DNA from: Tepidisphaeraceae bacterium
Lineage (GTDB): Bacteria; Planctomycetota; Phycisphaerae; Tepidisphaerales; Tepidisphaeraceae
NCBI GenBank assembly: GCA_965198865.1
Contig: CBDAQA010000032.1
Span: 37,571-101,570, forward strand
DNA length: 64,000 nt
Reading direction: 5' to 3'
The notes under the pieces were generated by a model. It ran no database searches. It saw only the letters and a list, made by a program, of their open reading frames with translations, and was not told the origin of the DNA. This document shows positions 55,760 to 64,000 of this stretch, piece by piece (the stretch's first letter is position 1; the number at the start of each line of letters is the position of its first letter). A program made the position numbers and the translations under genes.

Positions 55760-55805
55760 ATTTAGACGCCAGCGAACGTTTCCGTCGCCGTGGTGATGCG
55801 AGCTG

Positions 55806-56102
55806 TTACGCGGTCGGCGGGCCACCCAATTCGGCCAGCTTGGCGGCGAGGACGTCCAGCGGGTCGCGGACGGGGCGGGTTGAGCGGAGCAACTGCCGGT
55901 CGGCGGGGGACAGGCCGGAGGCGTCCTCGACCCGCTCGGCCAACGTCCGCTCCAACGCCAACTGGGCCGACAGCAGCTCGGCGTAGCGGGCCCGGCCCCG
56001 GGACTGGACGACCGCCACGGCCGCGGCCTCCGCCTCGGACGGCCGCCGACGGCCGGCCAGCTTGGCCACCCGGGCGGCGAACACGGCCGGCGGCAGCGAC
56101 AC
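55806..56102 (-). CDS. Hypothetical helical protein of about 98 aa
   Basis: The GTG at 56102 lies 19 nt after the methyltransferase stop. YAELLSAQLALERTLAERVEDASGLSPADRQLL looks helical. Confidence 0.3.
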   Translation of the reverse strand: MSLPPAVFAARVAKLAGRRRPSEAEAAAVAVVQSRGRARYAELLSAQLALERTLAERVEDASGLSPADRQLLRSTRPVRDPLDVLAAKLAELGGPPTA

Positions 56103-56121
56103 ACAGCCGACGACCGTGTCG

Positions 56122-59100
56122 CTACGCCGTCGTCGGCGGTGCGATGACGAACGCCCCAGGCCAGCCACCTTGGCTGTCGATCTTCTCGTCGATTTCTGCC
56201 ATCAGCCGAATCGTCTCGCCGAGTACAGTGACGATCTTCTGATAGTGGACAACATCCTCGGCCGACAGTGTTCGGCCCTTCCGATCCTTGAGCCACTTCT
56301 CGCAGACTTGATAACCGCCGATGCGGAAATTCCAGACAGCCTGGGAGACGTCGGAGAACGTGTCCTCACCTTGTGGGCTCAAGCGAACTCGTGATCCTTC
56401 GTAAGTGACATCACCGATAGTAGGATTCGCTCGCCCCGTGTACGTCAGCGGCGCATCTCGCAGCCGGGGCGACTCGAAAAGGTGGTATGCGATAAGCTCG
56501 TCCCCGAAACGCGAGAGTGCATCAAATAGTGAGGCGGTTCGAGGTCGTGGAAGCCGAGGAAAGACGTCGCGGAGCACTACCCCGTACCGAGTCCGGTAGC
56601 CAGGTGAGTGGAGAACGGCATAAGCATAGGCGAGCGTGGACTGCGGCGTGTCTACCGTTTTGCCATCCCGATACCGGGTTTCTTGTACGTTCGGGAGCGG
56701 TACTCCGCCGAGACGGTGCCGCCAGAGTGGAAACATCTGCGTGGCACGGTCGTGAGAGCATACCTTCTTCTCCGCGGTGTCGCGTGTAATCAGAACGTGG
56801 CAGAACTCAGCCGTCGTCTTCACCTTCGGCGTAAGCAGCGACAGGTTTTCCCGCCCTGCAAGAACGTCGGAGACCGGGCGAGATGGCGTGTCTAGTAGCT
56901 GGGGAACGTAGTAGATGTATCGTACGTCGAAAGGCCGGTACAGGATCGGCCGGACAAAATCCGACTTTATGCCTAGTCGGAGTATGAGACGTTTGCATGC
57001 CTCAACGTCCCACTTAGCCTTGACGGAGAAGCCGATTTCTCGCTGAATGGCTAGGTCGCCGGTCGGGCTGTGTGCAAAGCGACTCACGGTCGCAAGCAGC
57101 TCGTCCGGTGTGAATGCGATTGCGAGCTTATCCCGCGACGTGATTACACAACCGCTATTCATCGGCATCACTGACTCAAGGCCGTCCCACGACCGGAACT
57201 CCGTCTCCGCATCGCCGCTGGCCGGGCGAAGGGGATAGAACGGTTCCGAGGGAATGACGACTTGGTCGCTGAGCGTGCGTGAAGTGTTCGAGGCGAGCAA
57301 ATCGTATTTCTGCAAGCGGTCACCGAAGACGCGGCCGTAATTGATAGGCTTCAAAGGTGCTGACGGGGCCATCGTCCGGCTCAACACACTGATGGCGACA
57401 CCTTGCTCTATGTCGAATACGTTCTCGTCGGTTTGTCGCACGCTGTCCCGGTCGCTGACCTGGCCGCCAAGGTTTGTCACCGCGATACGGTTGAAAGTCG
57501 TCAGCGCAAGGTGGCGTAGTCCCCTCAACGAAGGCGAGTCGATGTACCTGAAATTGGTGATGAACCCACCAATCCCGACGCCTGTCTTGGACAGCACCTT
57601 AAACAAGAGTCCGAAGAACTTGACGTAATCGTCTTGCAGGTTCAGCTCGTGGGCTAATGCCCCGCGCTCAACAATGAGGGTACCATCCACATAGCGAAAT
57701 GGCTCGATCAGCCTCACCGCCTCCGGTTCAAGGTTGGCCGACATCTTCGAATACGGCGGATTCCCAATCACGACCGTAAACTGCTGTTGCTGTTTGACCT
57801 CGCTGACGGCAAGACCTTCGTGTGCCAGTGCGGGTGCCATTTGGGCGAATGTATCTGACAAATGCCGCGCCGGTTCGAGTGCGTTGGTCAGGTAGACGCG
57901 TGCCCGGTCGTTGGGGCCGAGTGTACAGCCAGTCTCAAACAGCTTGAGGCTGATCTTCATGTGCGCGATGGCGTACGGTGCCATCATCAACTCGTACCCG
58001 TAGAGTCGGGGTAGTAGGTGCGTTGAAACGTACTCGGTCCATCGCGGGTTGATCCAGAGCGGCTCAACTCCCTCTGTCCTCCACTTCGCCACCATGTGTT
58101 TGTGAATGACATCGATCACCTCGACGAGGAACGTGGCCGTGCCGGTAGCGGGGTCGAGGATCTGCACAAACGGAGTGGCCGGGTCGATCGGTCGCATTGA
58201 CGTTTTGCGAGTGGCCGGGTCGACGTGCTCGACCTCCGGCATTTTCAGGCCGTTGTGCTTCTGTAGCATCTCAGCCCAGGTGGTCGTATCGGCCAAGCCG
58301 TCGGGCAGGCCGAAGTCGGTCTGGAGCAGTTCGTGGACGGAGCGGACGATATAGCTGACGACCGGCCGTGGCGTGTAGAACACGCCGCGTTGCGTCCGCA
58401 TCTTGGCGTCGTACTCCTTGAGGAACAGCTCGTAGAAGTGGATGACCGGATCTTCGGTCGGATTGCGGTTGCCGAAGTCGGCCAGAACGGCCTCCATGTC
58501 GGCCTGACGCAGCGTGTCCACCACGTCGTTGACGCCCAACTCGTCGAAGTCGATGCCGATCAGCCGACCGGCGTCGTCGTTCCAGCGGCGGCCGCCGACG
58601 TTGAGGAACTGGGTGAGCAGATCCTTGAGGAACGGATTGCCGCTATTCACCAAGTCGACGAGGTTGTCGACGACAATGGCGTGGCCCTCGCCGGGGACGG
58701 TCCGGCGGATAGCCATTGAGAGCAGGCCGTACGAGATCGTTTGGGCGTACAGGTCGGCGAATTTGGGCTCATCCAAATCGTGAATGAGCGCCTGCTTGAA
58801 CCCGGCCAAAAGCGTCTTGAGCGGCCCGTGCTCAGTCTCGACCGACATCGAGTGCAGACACTTAGCGCGGATCTCCCTGGCCAAGGCGGCTAGCCGGATG
58901 GCGAGTTGCTTGCTGGTCTGGATGACCTGCTTCGGCCGGAGGCGGAACGCGGCGGCCCAGCGACGACGCCAGTCGTCGACAGCCTCGCCGTCCTTCCAGA
59001 CCAGATTGGACTTCAACTCGGCGATGGCGTGGTCAATGTGAAGGGCCGTGTCCTTCTCGTCCCAGCCGAGCACCTTCAACTCGGGCAAATCTGCGTGCGC

Positions 59101-59562
59101 CTCGTCCTGGGTGAAGTGGGCGAAGGTGATCTGCCGTTCGTCGTCGTTGCCGTAGTTTGAAATGAACAGCAGATCGTGCAGATTCCAAACCTTGCGGTCG
59201 TTCGGGTCGAGAACGGCCCGTTTCTTGACGACCAAGCGAGCAAGGATCTTGCGGAGCACCACGACGGGCAGCCGCTTGGGCTCGAACTGGAGGAAGAAGA
59301 TGCCCCACGGCTGGCCGGTGGCGAGCGGCCGGAGTTGCTTAATCTCCTTGATGTGTGCGGCCGTTGCAGGATCGATGCCCAACTCTTGCGGCGTGTAGTC
59401 GAAGGTCAGGTCCTCGAAATCCACTGGTTCAATCGGCCAGTGGAGGTCGTCTCGCAGGTATTCCACGAGGGATGGAAAGTCGGTGATCTCACGCAGGCGG
59501 TCACGGTCGGCGGTCGTGCTGAGCATAAGAATTCCCCGTCGGGTCAGTTGAGTTCCATCCAT
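56122..59562 (-). CDS. N6-adenine DNA methyltransferase with a Type ISP-like C-terminal specificity domain (1146 aa)
   Basis: GVFYTPRPVVSYIV, motif I ILDPATGTATFLV, motif IV VVIGNPPYSK, and C-terminal WNFRIGGYQVCEKWLKDRKGRTL (the Type ISP C-terminal signature, as I recall it). GC is visibly lower than in the flanks. Confidence 0.9.
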   Translation of the reverse strand: MDGTQLTRRGILMLSTTADRDRLREITDFPSLVEYLRDDLHWPIEPVDFEDLTFDYTPQELGIDPATAAHIKEIKQLRPLATGQPWGIFFLQFEPKRLPVVVLRKILARLVVKKRAVLDPNDRKVWNLHDLLFISNYGNDDERQITFAHFTQDEAHADLPELKVLGWDEKDTALHIDHAIAELKSNLVWKDGEAVDDWRRRWAAAFRLRPKQVIQTSKQLAIRLAALAREIRAKCLHSMSVETEHGPLKTLLAGFKQALIHDLDEPKFADLYAQTISYGLLSMAIRRTVPGEGHAIVVDNLVDLVNSGNPFLKDLLTQFLNVGGRRWNDDAGRLIGIDFDELGVNDVVDTLRQADMEAVLADFGNRNPTEDPVIHFYELFLKEYDAKMRTQRGVFYTPRPVVSYIVRSVHELLQTDFGLPDGLADTTTWAEMLQKHNGLKMPEVEHVDPATRKTSMRPIDPATPFVQILDPATGTATFLVEVIDVIHKHMVAKWRTEGVEPLWINPRWTEYVSTHLLPRLYGYELMMAPYAIAHMKISLKLFETGCTLGPNDRARVYLTNALEPARHLSDTFAQMAPALAHEGLAVSEVKQQQQFTVVIGNPPYSKMSANLEPEAVRLIEPFRYVDGTLIVERGALAHELNLQDDYVKFFGLLFKVLSKTGVGIGGFITNFRYIDSPSLRGLRHLALTTFNRIAVTNLGGQVSDRDSVRQTDENVFDIEQGVAISVLSRTMAPSAPLKPINYGRVFGDRLQKYDLLASNTSRTLSDQVVIPSEPFYPLRPASGDAETEFRSWDGLESVMPMNSGCVITSRDKLAIAFTPDELLATVSRFAHSPTGDLAIQREIGFSVKAKWDVEACKRLILRLGIKSDFVRPILYRPFDVRYIYYVPQLLDTPSRPVSDVLAGRENLSLLTPKVKTTAEFCHVLITRDTAEKKVCSHDRATQMFPLWRHRLGGVPLPNVQETRYRDGKTVDTPQSTLAYAYAVLHSPGYRTRYGVVLRDVFPRLPRPRTASLFDALSRFGDELIAYHLFESPRLRDAPLTYTGRANPTIGDVTYEGSRVRLSPQGEDTFSDVSQAVWNFRIGGYQVCEKWLKDRKGRTLSAEDVVHYQKIVTVLGETIRLMAEIDEKIDSQGGWPGAFVIAPPTTA

Positions 59563-62500
59563 GCCTTAAGGACCGGCACGACGCCAATCGGGGCCTGGGC
59601 GGAGCGAAGATACGTGTTCTTGATGTGTCGCTCCACTTTGCCCCGCACGTCGGACAGCGTCTCGCGCGGCACATCGAGCTGCCGCGGGGTGGACGGGTCG
59701 GAGCGGATGACGGTGGCGATGTCGGGCGGGGACTCGGCGATCAGGCCGGTGTTCAGGTCGTACAGGTACCAGCGGGTCTCGCCGGCGGCGTCGGTCCAGG
59801 GCGGCGGCTGGGGCGGGGGCGGGGCGGCGTTGAACAGGGGGGCGACGTCGGCGGCCGTGGTGCGAACCACCGCCTTGGGCGGGGGGCCGGGCAGGCGGTA
59901 GCAGAAGAAGACGGCGCGGACGCCGGGCGCGGGGTGGGCGCGGCCGCTGAAGACGCGGTTGGGCATGGCGGCCACGGCGGCGGCGAGGCCGGGGTGGTCG
60001 GCCAGAAGTTGCTTGTACTCGGTCTGGAGCCGTTCGCCGGCCGTCTGGGTGCCGTCGTACTCCTCGTTGAACTCCTTGAGGGCGTCGTAGTCGTCGTCGG
60101 GCGTGAGCAGCTGGCGGCCCTCGATGCCGAACGTCTTGCTGATCCGCAGCGTCTTGTGGGTGACGGTGGCGTACAGGCTGAGCAGGCGGTTGAGCGCGGT
60201 CGGCGGGAGGAAGTTCCAGTAGATGACGGTGCCGCGGACGGCGGCCTGGTCGGGGTGATCGGCCACGAGGGCGGCCTCGACCTCGCCGTTCAGGCGGCGG
60301 TCGACGCGGCCGATCCGCTGCATGAGGCGGACGGGATTCCAGTGCAAGTCGTAGTTGATCAGCCGGGTGGCGTCCTGCAGGTTCAACCCCTCGGAGAGGA
60401 CGTCGGTCGAGATCAGGATGCGGGTCTCGGGCAATTTCTCGGTGGCCAGGCCGGCGGACGTGGTGCCGTTGTAATAGGGGGCGAACTGGCGGATGACGTC
60501 GCCGCGGTCGCCGGCCGTGGACCCGTCGATCTGGGCCAGGCCGGTCAGGCCGGCTTCATTGAGCTGATCGGCCAGATACCGGGCAGTGGCGGTGAACTCG
60601 GTGAAGATGAGCACCTTGCGATCGACCAGGTCGGGGTCGGTCGTGAGCAGGCGGATCAGCTCCTGCAACTTGTGGTCGTGGGCGGGGCCGAAGTGGGCCA
60701 GTTCCTTGAGGAAGTCGGCCACGGTGTCCAGATCGGTCTGGGTCTCGCCGAGCATTTTGGGGACGTCGTACACCTTGCGGTCGAGCTTGTTGGCCCAGGC
60801 GTCCTCCATCATCTCCTGGGGGACCAAATCCTCGGCCGGCTCCTCGTCGAGGTTAAACAGGTTCCGGTCGACCTCGACCCGGCCGACGATCTCGGCGTGG
60901 CGGGTCTTGAACTGGGCGAGCCACCGCTTCTCGGTCGTCGTGTCGCTGTGGACCTCGGCGAAGGCGAGCAGCTTGAGCAGCAACAGGCGGCACGACTGAC
61001 CGAAGGCCTCGGCCGAGCTTTCGAACCGTTTGAGGAAGCTGGTGCGGATGAGCGTGACGATCTGCTTCTGGCGGCCGGCGGTGGCGCCGGGGAACACCTC
61101 GTCGGCCCCGGTCGGCAGCTGGACCGTGCCGACGCCGGAGACGGGGTAGGCCAACGGGTCGTAGATGGCCAGGGAGAACAGGGCCCGGCCGTTGCGGAAC
61201 GCCTTCTCAAGCAGGTCGAGCAGCCGCTCGTAGCCGGCGCTGAGGTCGTAGCCGGCCACCCGGGGCGGTTGGCGGACCGGGAAGATCGCCTTCGCGCCGC
61301 CCTCCCGCGCCTGGCTGTCCCGGACGAACCCGCGGCTCCGCTGGACGACGATGCGGCGGAAGAGACGGTCGTCCGACAACACCTGTTCGGCCTCGATCAA
61401 GTCGGTGATCGGCTCGCCGTCGGCGGCGGCACCGGCCGTCGCGGCGGCCACCGTCTGTTTCAGATCCTGCTCCATCTTGCGGAAGTGGCCGGGGAGCGAG
61501 TGGATGCCCAGCGTCGGGTCCAGCGACTGGAAGTAGCCGGGGTCCTTGCGGCTGAACAGCTCGATCATGTGCTGCAAATCGATCAGCCGGTTGTTCACCG
61601 GCGTGGCCGTGAGCAGGAACATCTGCTTGCCGCCGCAGATCTCGAACAGCTTGCGGTACCGGGACGGGTTGCGGTCCCCGTGGCCGGCCAGGCCGGGGTT
61701 GCGGAAGTGGTGGGCCTCGTCGATGACGAACGCGTCGAACCCCTCAGCCACGTCGCGGAACTCAGCCGGGAAGTCGACGTCGGCGGTGACGCCGCGGATC
61801 AGGTCCGTGTGGTTGAAGATCTTCAACCGCTGGCGGCTCACGCGGGGCAGGTACCGGTCGATGGCCGCCTGCCAGACCGGCTTGCGGGCGGCCTTGGGGA
61901 CGAGCAGGCAGACAAACTTCCCCTCCTGCACCGTCAACCGCTCGATCAGCATCAGGCCGACGAACGTCTTGCCCAGCCCGACGCCGTCGCACAGGAAGGC
62001 CCCGCCGAACCGGTCGGCGATCCGCACCAGCTGGTGGTATCCGTCCCGCTGGTACCCGTCGAGCAGGCGGTAGACCTGAGAGTTGTTCCGCTCCCAGTCG
62101 GTCGCCGTCTGCTGGACGTCGGCGAACAGCTGGTGCAACGAACGGGCGTATACGTCAAACGGCGTGTACGGGCGCACGTGCCGGTCGACGACGGTGAGCA
62201 GGGCCGACGTCACGTCCTCGGCGTCGGCCCAGTAACGGTCGAACCAGTCGGCCACCTGAGCGGCAGTGGGATCGTCCACGCGGACGTTGAGCTCGACGTT
62301 CCGCGAAAGGCCAGGCGCGGTGAAGTTGGACGAACCGACCACGGCGCTGACGCCGTCGGCCGGTGTGCCGCGGACGATGTACGCCTTGGCGTGGAACCGG
62401 GTCTGTCGATACAGGCGGCACTGGATGCGGCCGGACCGCAGCCCGGGGGCGATCTCGTCGACGCCGGATAGGAAGTCGTCGGCGGTCTTGGTCGCCTCAA

Positions 62501-62768
62501 CGCTCTCGTCCAGCGCGGCCGTGATGCGGCCGACCGCACGCGCGAACGCGGTCGCGGTGCGCAAGCTCACCTCGGGGTCGCCCATCAGGATGCGGACCGG
62601 GCGGGTGCCGGCCCAGGCGTCGCCCAGGGCGAGCGGCCCGCCGATCTCCAGGTGACCGGTGGCCACGTCCAGAGAAGTGGCCGGGCCGGACCAGGACCGC
62701 AACAGGGCGGCCAGCCGGCGGGACTCGTCGGCGTTGTCGAAGAGGAGGTCGTCCTGTTCCGGTGTCAC
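59544..62768 (-). CDS. PLD-family nuclease domain fused to an SNF2-family helicase (1074 aa)
   Basis: N-terminus RFHAKAYIV...VVGSSNFT (HxK..GSxN). Helicase motifs DGVGLGKT, VIDEAHHFRN, LLTATPVNN and a C-terminal HELICc region (DLHWNPVRLMQRIGRVDR). Confidence 0.9.
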   Translation of the reverse strand: MTPEQDDLLFDNADESRRLAALLRSWSGPATSLDVATGHLEIGGPLALGDAWAGTRPVRILMGDPEVSLRTATAFARAVGRITAALDESVEATKTADDFLSGVDEIAPGLRSGRIQCRLYRQTRFHAKAYIVRGTPADGVSAVVGSSNFTAPGLSRNVELNVRVDDPTAAQVADWFDRYWADAEDVTSALLTVVDRHVRPYTPFDVYARSLHQLFADVQQTATDWERNNSQVYRLLDGYQRDGYHQLVRIADRFGGAFLCDGVGLGKTFVGLMLIERLTVQEGKFVCLLVPKAARKPVWQAAIDRYLPRVSRQRLKIFNHTDLIRGVTADVDFPAEFRDVAEGFDAFVIDEAHHFRNPGLAGHGDRNPSRYRKLFEICGGKQMFLLTATPVNNRLIDLQHMIELFSRKDPGYFQSLDPTLGIHSLPGHFRKMEQDLKQTVAAATAGAAADGEPITDLIEAEQVLSDDRLFRRIVVQRSRGFVRDSQAREGGAKAIFPVRQPPRVAGYDLSAGYERLLDLLEKAFRNGRALFSLAIYDPLAYPVSGVGTVQLPTGADEVFPGATAGRQKQIVTLIRTSFLKRFESSAEAFGQSCRLLLLKLLAFAEVHSDTTTEKRWLAQFKTRHAEIVGRVEVDRNLFNLDEEPAEDLVPQEMMEDAWANKLDRKVYDVPKMLGETQTDLDTVADFLKELAHFGPAHDHKLQELIRLLTTDPDLVDRKVLIFTEFTATARYLADQLNEAGLTGLAQIDGSTAGDRGDVIRQFAPYYNGTTSAGLATEKLPETRILISTDVLSEGLNLQDATRLINYDLHWNPVRLMQRIGRVDRRLNGEVEAALVADHPDQAAVRGTVIYWNFLPPTALNRLLSLYATVTHKTLRISKTFGIEGRQLLTPDDDYDALKEFNEEYDGTQTAGERLQTEYKQLLADHPGLAAAVAAMPNRVFSGRAHPAPGVRAVFFCYRLPGPPPKAVVRTTAADVAPLFNAAPPPPQPPPWTDAAGETRWYLYDLNTGLIAESPPDIATVIRSDPSTPRQLDVPRETLSDVRGKVERHIKNTYLRSAQAPIGVVPVLKAWMELN

Positions 62769-62832
62769 GTAGCAACCCCTTTGGTGAATGAGATCTTGCG
62801 CTCGCGGCCCTCACGACTGGGGCTGCTTGGCG

Positions 62833-63531
62833 TCAGTGTTTCGGGAGGTTGGACCAGGCCTGGTCGACGGCCTGCTTTAGATCCGCACCCTCGGGGACGG
62901 TGTACCCTTGACGCCCGTGCCGCACGAGTAGCCCCGTACGGACGAGGAGCGCCAGGCACAGGTAGACCTGGTAACTCGGGAGGTCAGCCAACTGATCCTC
63001 GCCGGGTGGCAGGATCTGCTCGGTCGTAAACCGCCGACCGCCGGCGCCGAGCTTGGTGACCAGGGACGTCAGCCGGTCGAGGACTTCGCGCGGGCTGCGG
63101 TGCTCGTATTCACGCCGGTCCGACTTGCTGTAGCCGACCTTCACTAGGGTTTGGCCGTCGTCGTCGACCTGGAATACGGGGTAGCGGCCGGTTTCCGGGG
63201 TTCCGCGTCCGGAACGTGCTGCTGCCCGTTTTGAAGGTGCCGGGCGCACTGTTGCAGCCGCGGCGCTGCCATCGTGACCCCCATCGGCTTCGCCCGGCGT
63301 GGAGCTCGTCTGTTCCCCGGGAGACGCCGTGAGGCGGGCCGCCGCTCGAACCGGGGTCTGTGCCTGGCCGACTCCCCTGACCAGAACCGAAAGCCCGTCA
63401 GCCACGGACGCGAGGGCAGCCACGGTGGCGAACTCCTGCCGACGGTGCGCCTCGCTGACCAGGCCGCTCAGATCGCGGATCGCGGCCGCGAGTACCTTGT
63501 GTGCTTCGGATAACAGCAACTCGTCGGGCAT
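62833..63531 (-). CDS. Hypothetical 232-aa protein, first gene of the minus-strand cluster; C-terminus looks winged-helix-like
   Basis: YPVFQVDDDGQTLVKVGYSKSDRREYEHRSP...LPSYQVYLCLALLVRTGLLVRHGRQGY. The domain call is weak. Confidence 0.45.
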   Translation of the reverse strand: MPDELLLSEAHKVLAAAIRDLSGLVSEAHRRQEFATVAALASVADGLSVLVRGVGQAQTPVRAAARLTASPGEQTSSTPGEADGGHDGSAAAATVRPAPSKRAAARSGRGTPETGRYPVFQVDDDGQTLVKVGYSKSDRREYEHRSPREVLDRLTSLVTKLGAGGRRFTTEQILPPGEDQLADLPSYQVYLCLALLVRTGLLVRHGRQGYTVPEGADLKQAVDQAWSNLPKH

Positions 63532-63570
63532 GTCCCACAGTATAACCCATCGCGGAGTTTTAAAACAGCA

Positions 63571-63598
63571 TTGACGACGTTGGCTTTCGCTGTAAAGT
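63571..63598 (+). promoter_or_regulatory. Candidate promoter TTGACG-N16-TAAAGT for the GHKL gene
   Basis: Lies in the 82-nt divergent intergenic region. GGGAGG RBS at 63603-63608. Confidence 0.35.
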
Positions 63599-63613
63599 GC
63601 GCCGATCTAAACG

Positions 63614-64000
63614 GGAGGGCAACGTGGCAGGAACCAAAAAGGTTTCCGATTCAACGGCGACAAGTGCCGATCCGGCTTGGGCTTTTCGGCAAGTCACTCC
63701 GGGGGTCAGGCGCGACCCGTTCGAGGACGAATTCTTTACGGGCGACGACCGGAGCGACCGGACGGACTTCCTGGTGCGAGAGGCGGTCCAGAACGCGTTG
63801 GACGCGCGTGACCCGCTGGCCGGGACGCCGGTGACCGTTCGGTTTGCCGTCCGCACCGGGCCGGCGGCCCTGCCGGCTACACGGGCGGCGCGGTTCCTTG
63901 CCGGCCTGGTGCCACATCTGAATGCCCAGAAGGACGAGTCGCTGCACATCGGGACTGCCGTCCCGGCGATGCCGTACATCGCGTACGAAGATTTCGGCAC
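63614..64000 (+). CDS. 5' part of a GHKL-type (HATPase_c-like) ATPase gene that runs off the window
   Basis: I translated this myself, as it is not in the ORF track: VAGTKKVSDS..FLVREAVQNALDARDP..VTVRFAV.. The N-box E-x3-N-x2-D is present. The frame is open to the window end. Confidence 0.55.

Noticed and set aside
59625-62471. 948-aa ORF antisense to the PLD-SNF2 gene
   Set aside because: Same artefact. It has no motifs, while the minus-strand product carries the full SNF2 motif set.
53041-62768. Calling the cluster DISARM
   Set aside because: SNF2, a PLD domain and an adenine MTase are present. However, I see no DUF1998 (DrmB) protein and no large DrmA-type helicase, and the 637-aa DEAH protein is too small and different.
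1-64000. CRISPR arrays, rRNA genes, tRNA genes
   Set aside because: I found no regularly spaced direct repeats, no rRNA-like conserved stretches and no tRNA-like T-arm/acceptor combinations on either strand by eye. A tRNAscan, Infernal or CRISPR-finder run would be the decisive check.

Overview
GC-rich bacterial DNA. I could not compute composition, but it looks like roughly two-thirds G+C. A DUF1580-type HTH gene hints at Planctomycetota, and that is inference only.

The backbone is a decaying P-type (Trb, Tn4371-like) conjugative element:
- Large serine recombinase (8636-10162), two ParB-like genes, and a TraF peptidase.
- A leading-region-like block at 18.9-28.2 kb: DUF932, PrimPol, XRE plus retron-type reverse transcriptase, ArdC, SSB, and a large ParB.
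- Relaxase (28997-30958), the coupling protein TraG, and a CopG-like RHH protein.
- trbB, which is split by an IS630-family insertion.
- trbC-D-E-J-J'-L-F-G-I plus DUF2274 (49132 down to 39855), which lie on the opposite strand to trbB.

Four IS elements are present: one IS481-like, two IS630-like and one IS1380-like. Two of them interrupt genes, and their termini can be resolved to the base.

Several defence-type cargo modules are interleaved with the backbone:
1. A JAB-E1 fusion plus a DUF6527-like protein, cut by the left window edge.
2. An overlapping Phd-like / HTH-ImmA / DUF4411 triad.
3. AbiEi/AbiEii.
4. A promoter, a long leader, a small ORF, XRE and a retron-type RT.
5. A wHTH gene, a 1043-aa N6-adenine methyltransferase and a PD-(D/E)xK nuclease.
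6. A 12.5-kb co-directional minus-strand cluster (51048-63531). It combines a PLD-SNF2 helicase, a Type ISP-like methyltransferase, three small ORFs, an SF2 DEAH helicase and an orphan DndB-like DGQHR protein. A divergent GHKL-ATPase gene next to it runs off the right edge.

Module 6 is my best candidate for an undescribed composite system.

A second unusual signal is a modular family of about 250-320 nt noncoding repeats placed just upstream of DUF932, ardC and ssb. Two copies end in a hairpin that carries compensatory base changes.

I saw no rRNA, tRNA or CRISPR array. All domain calls come from motif recognition by eye, with no searches run.
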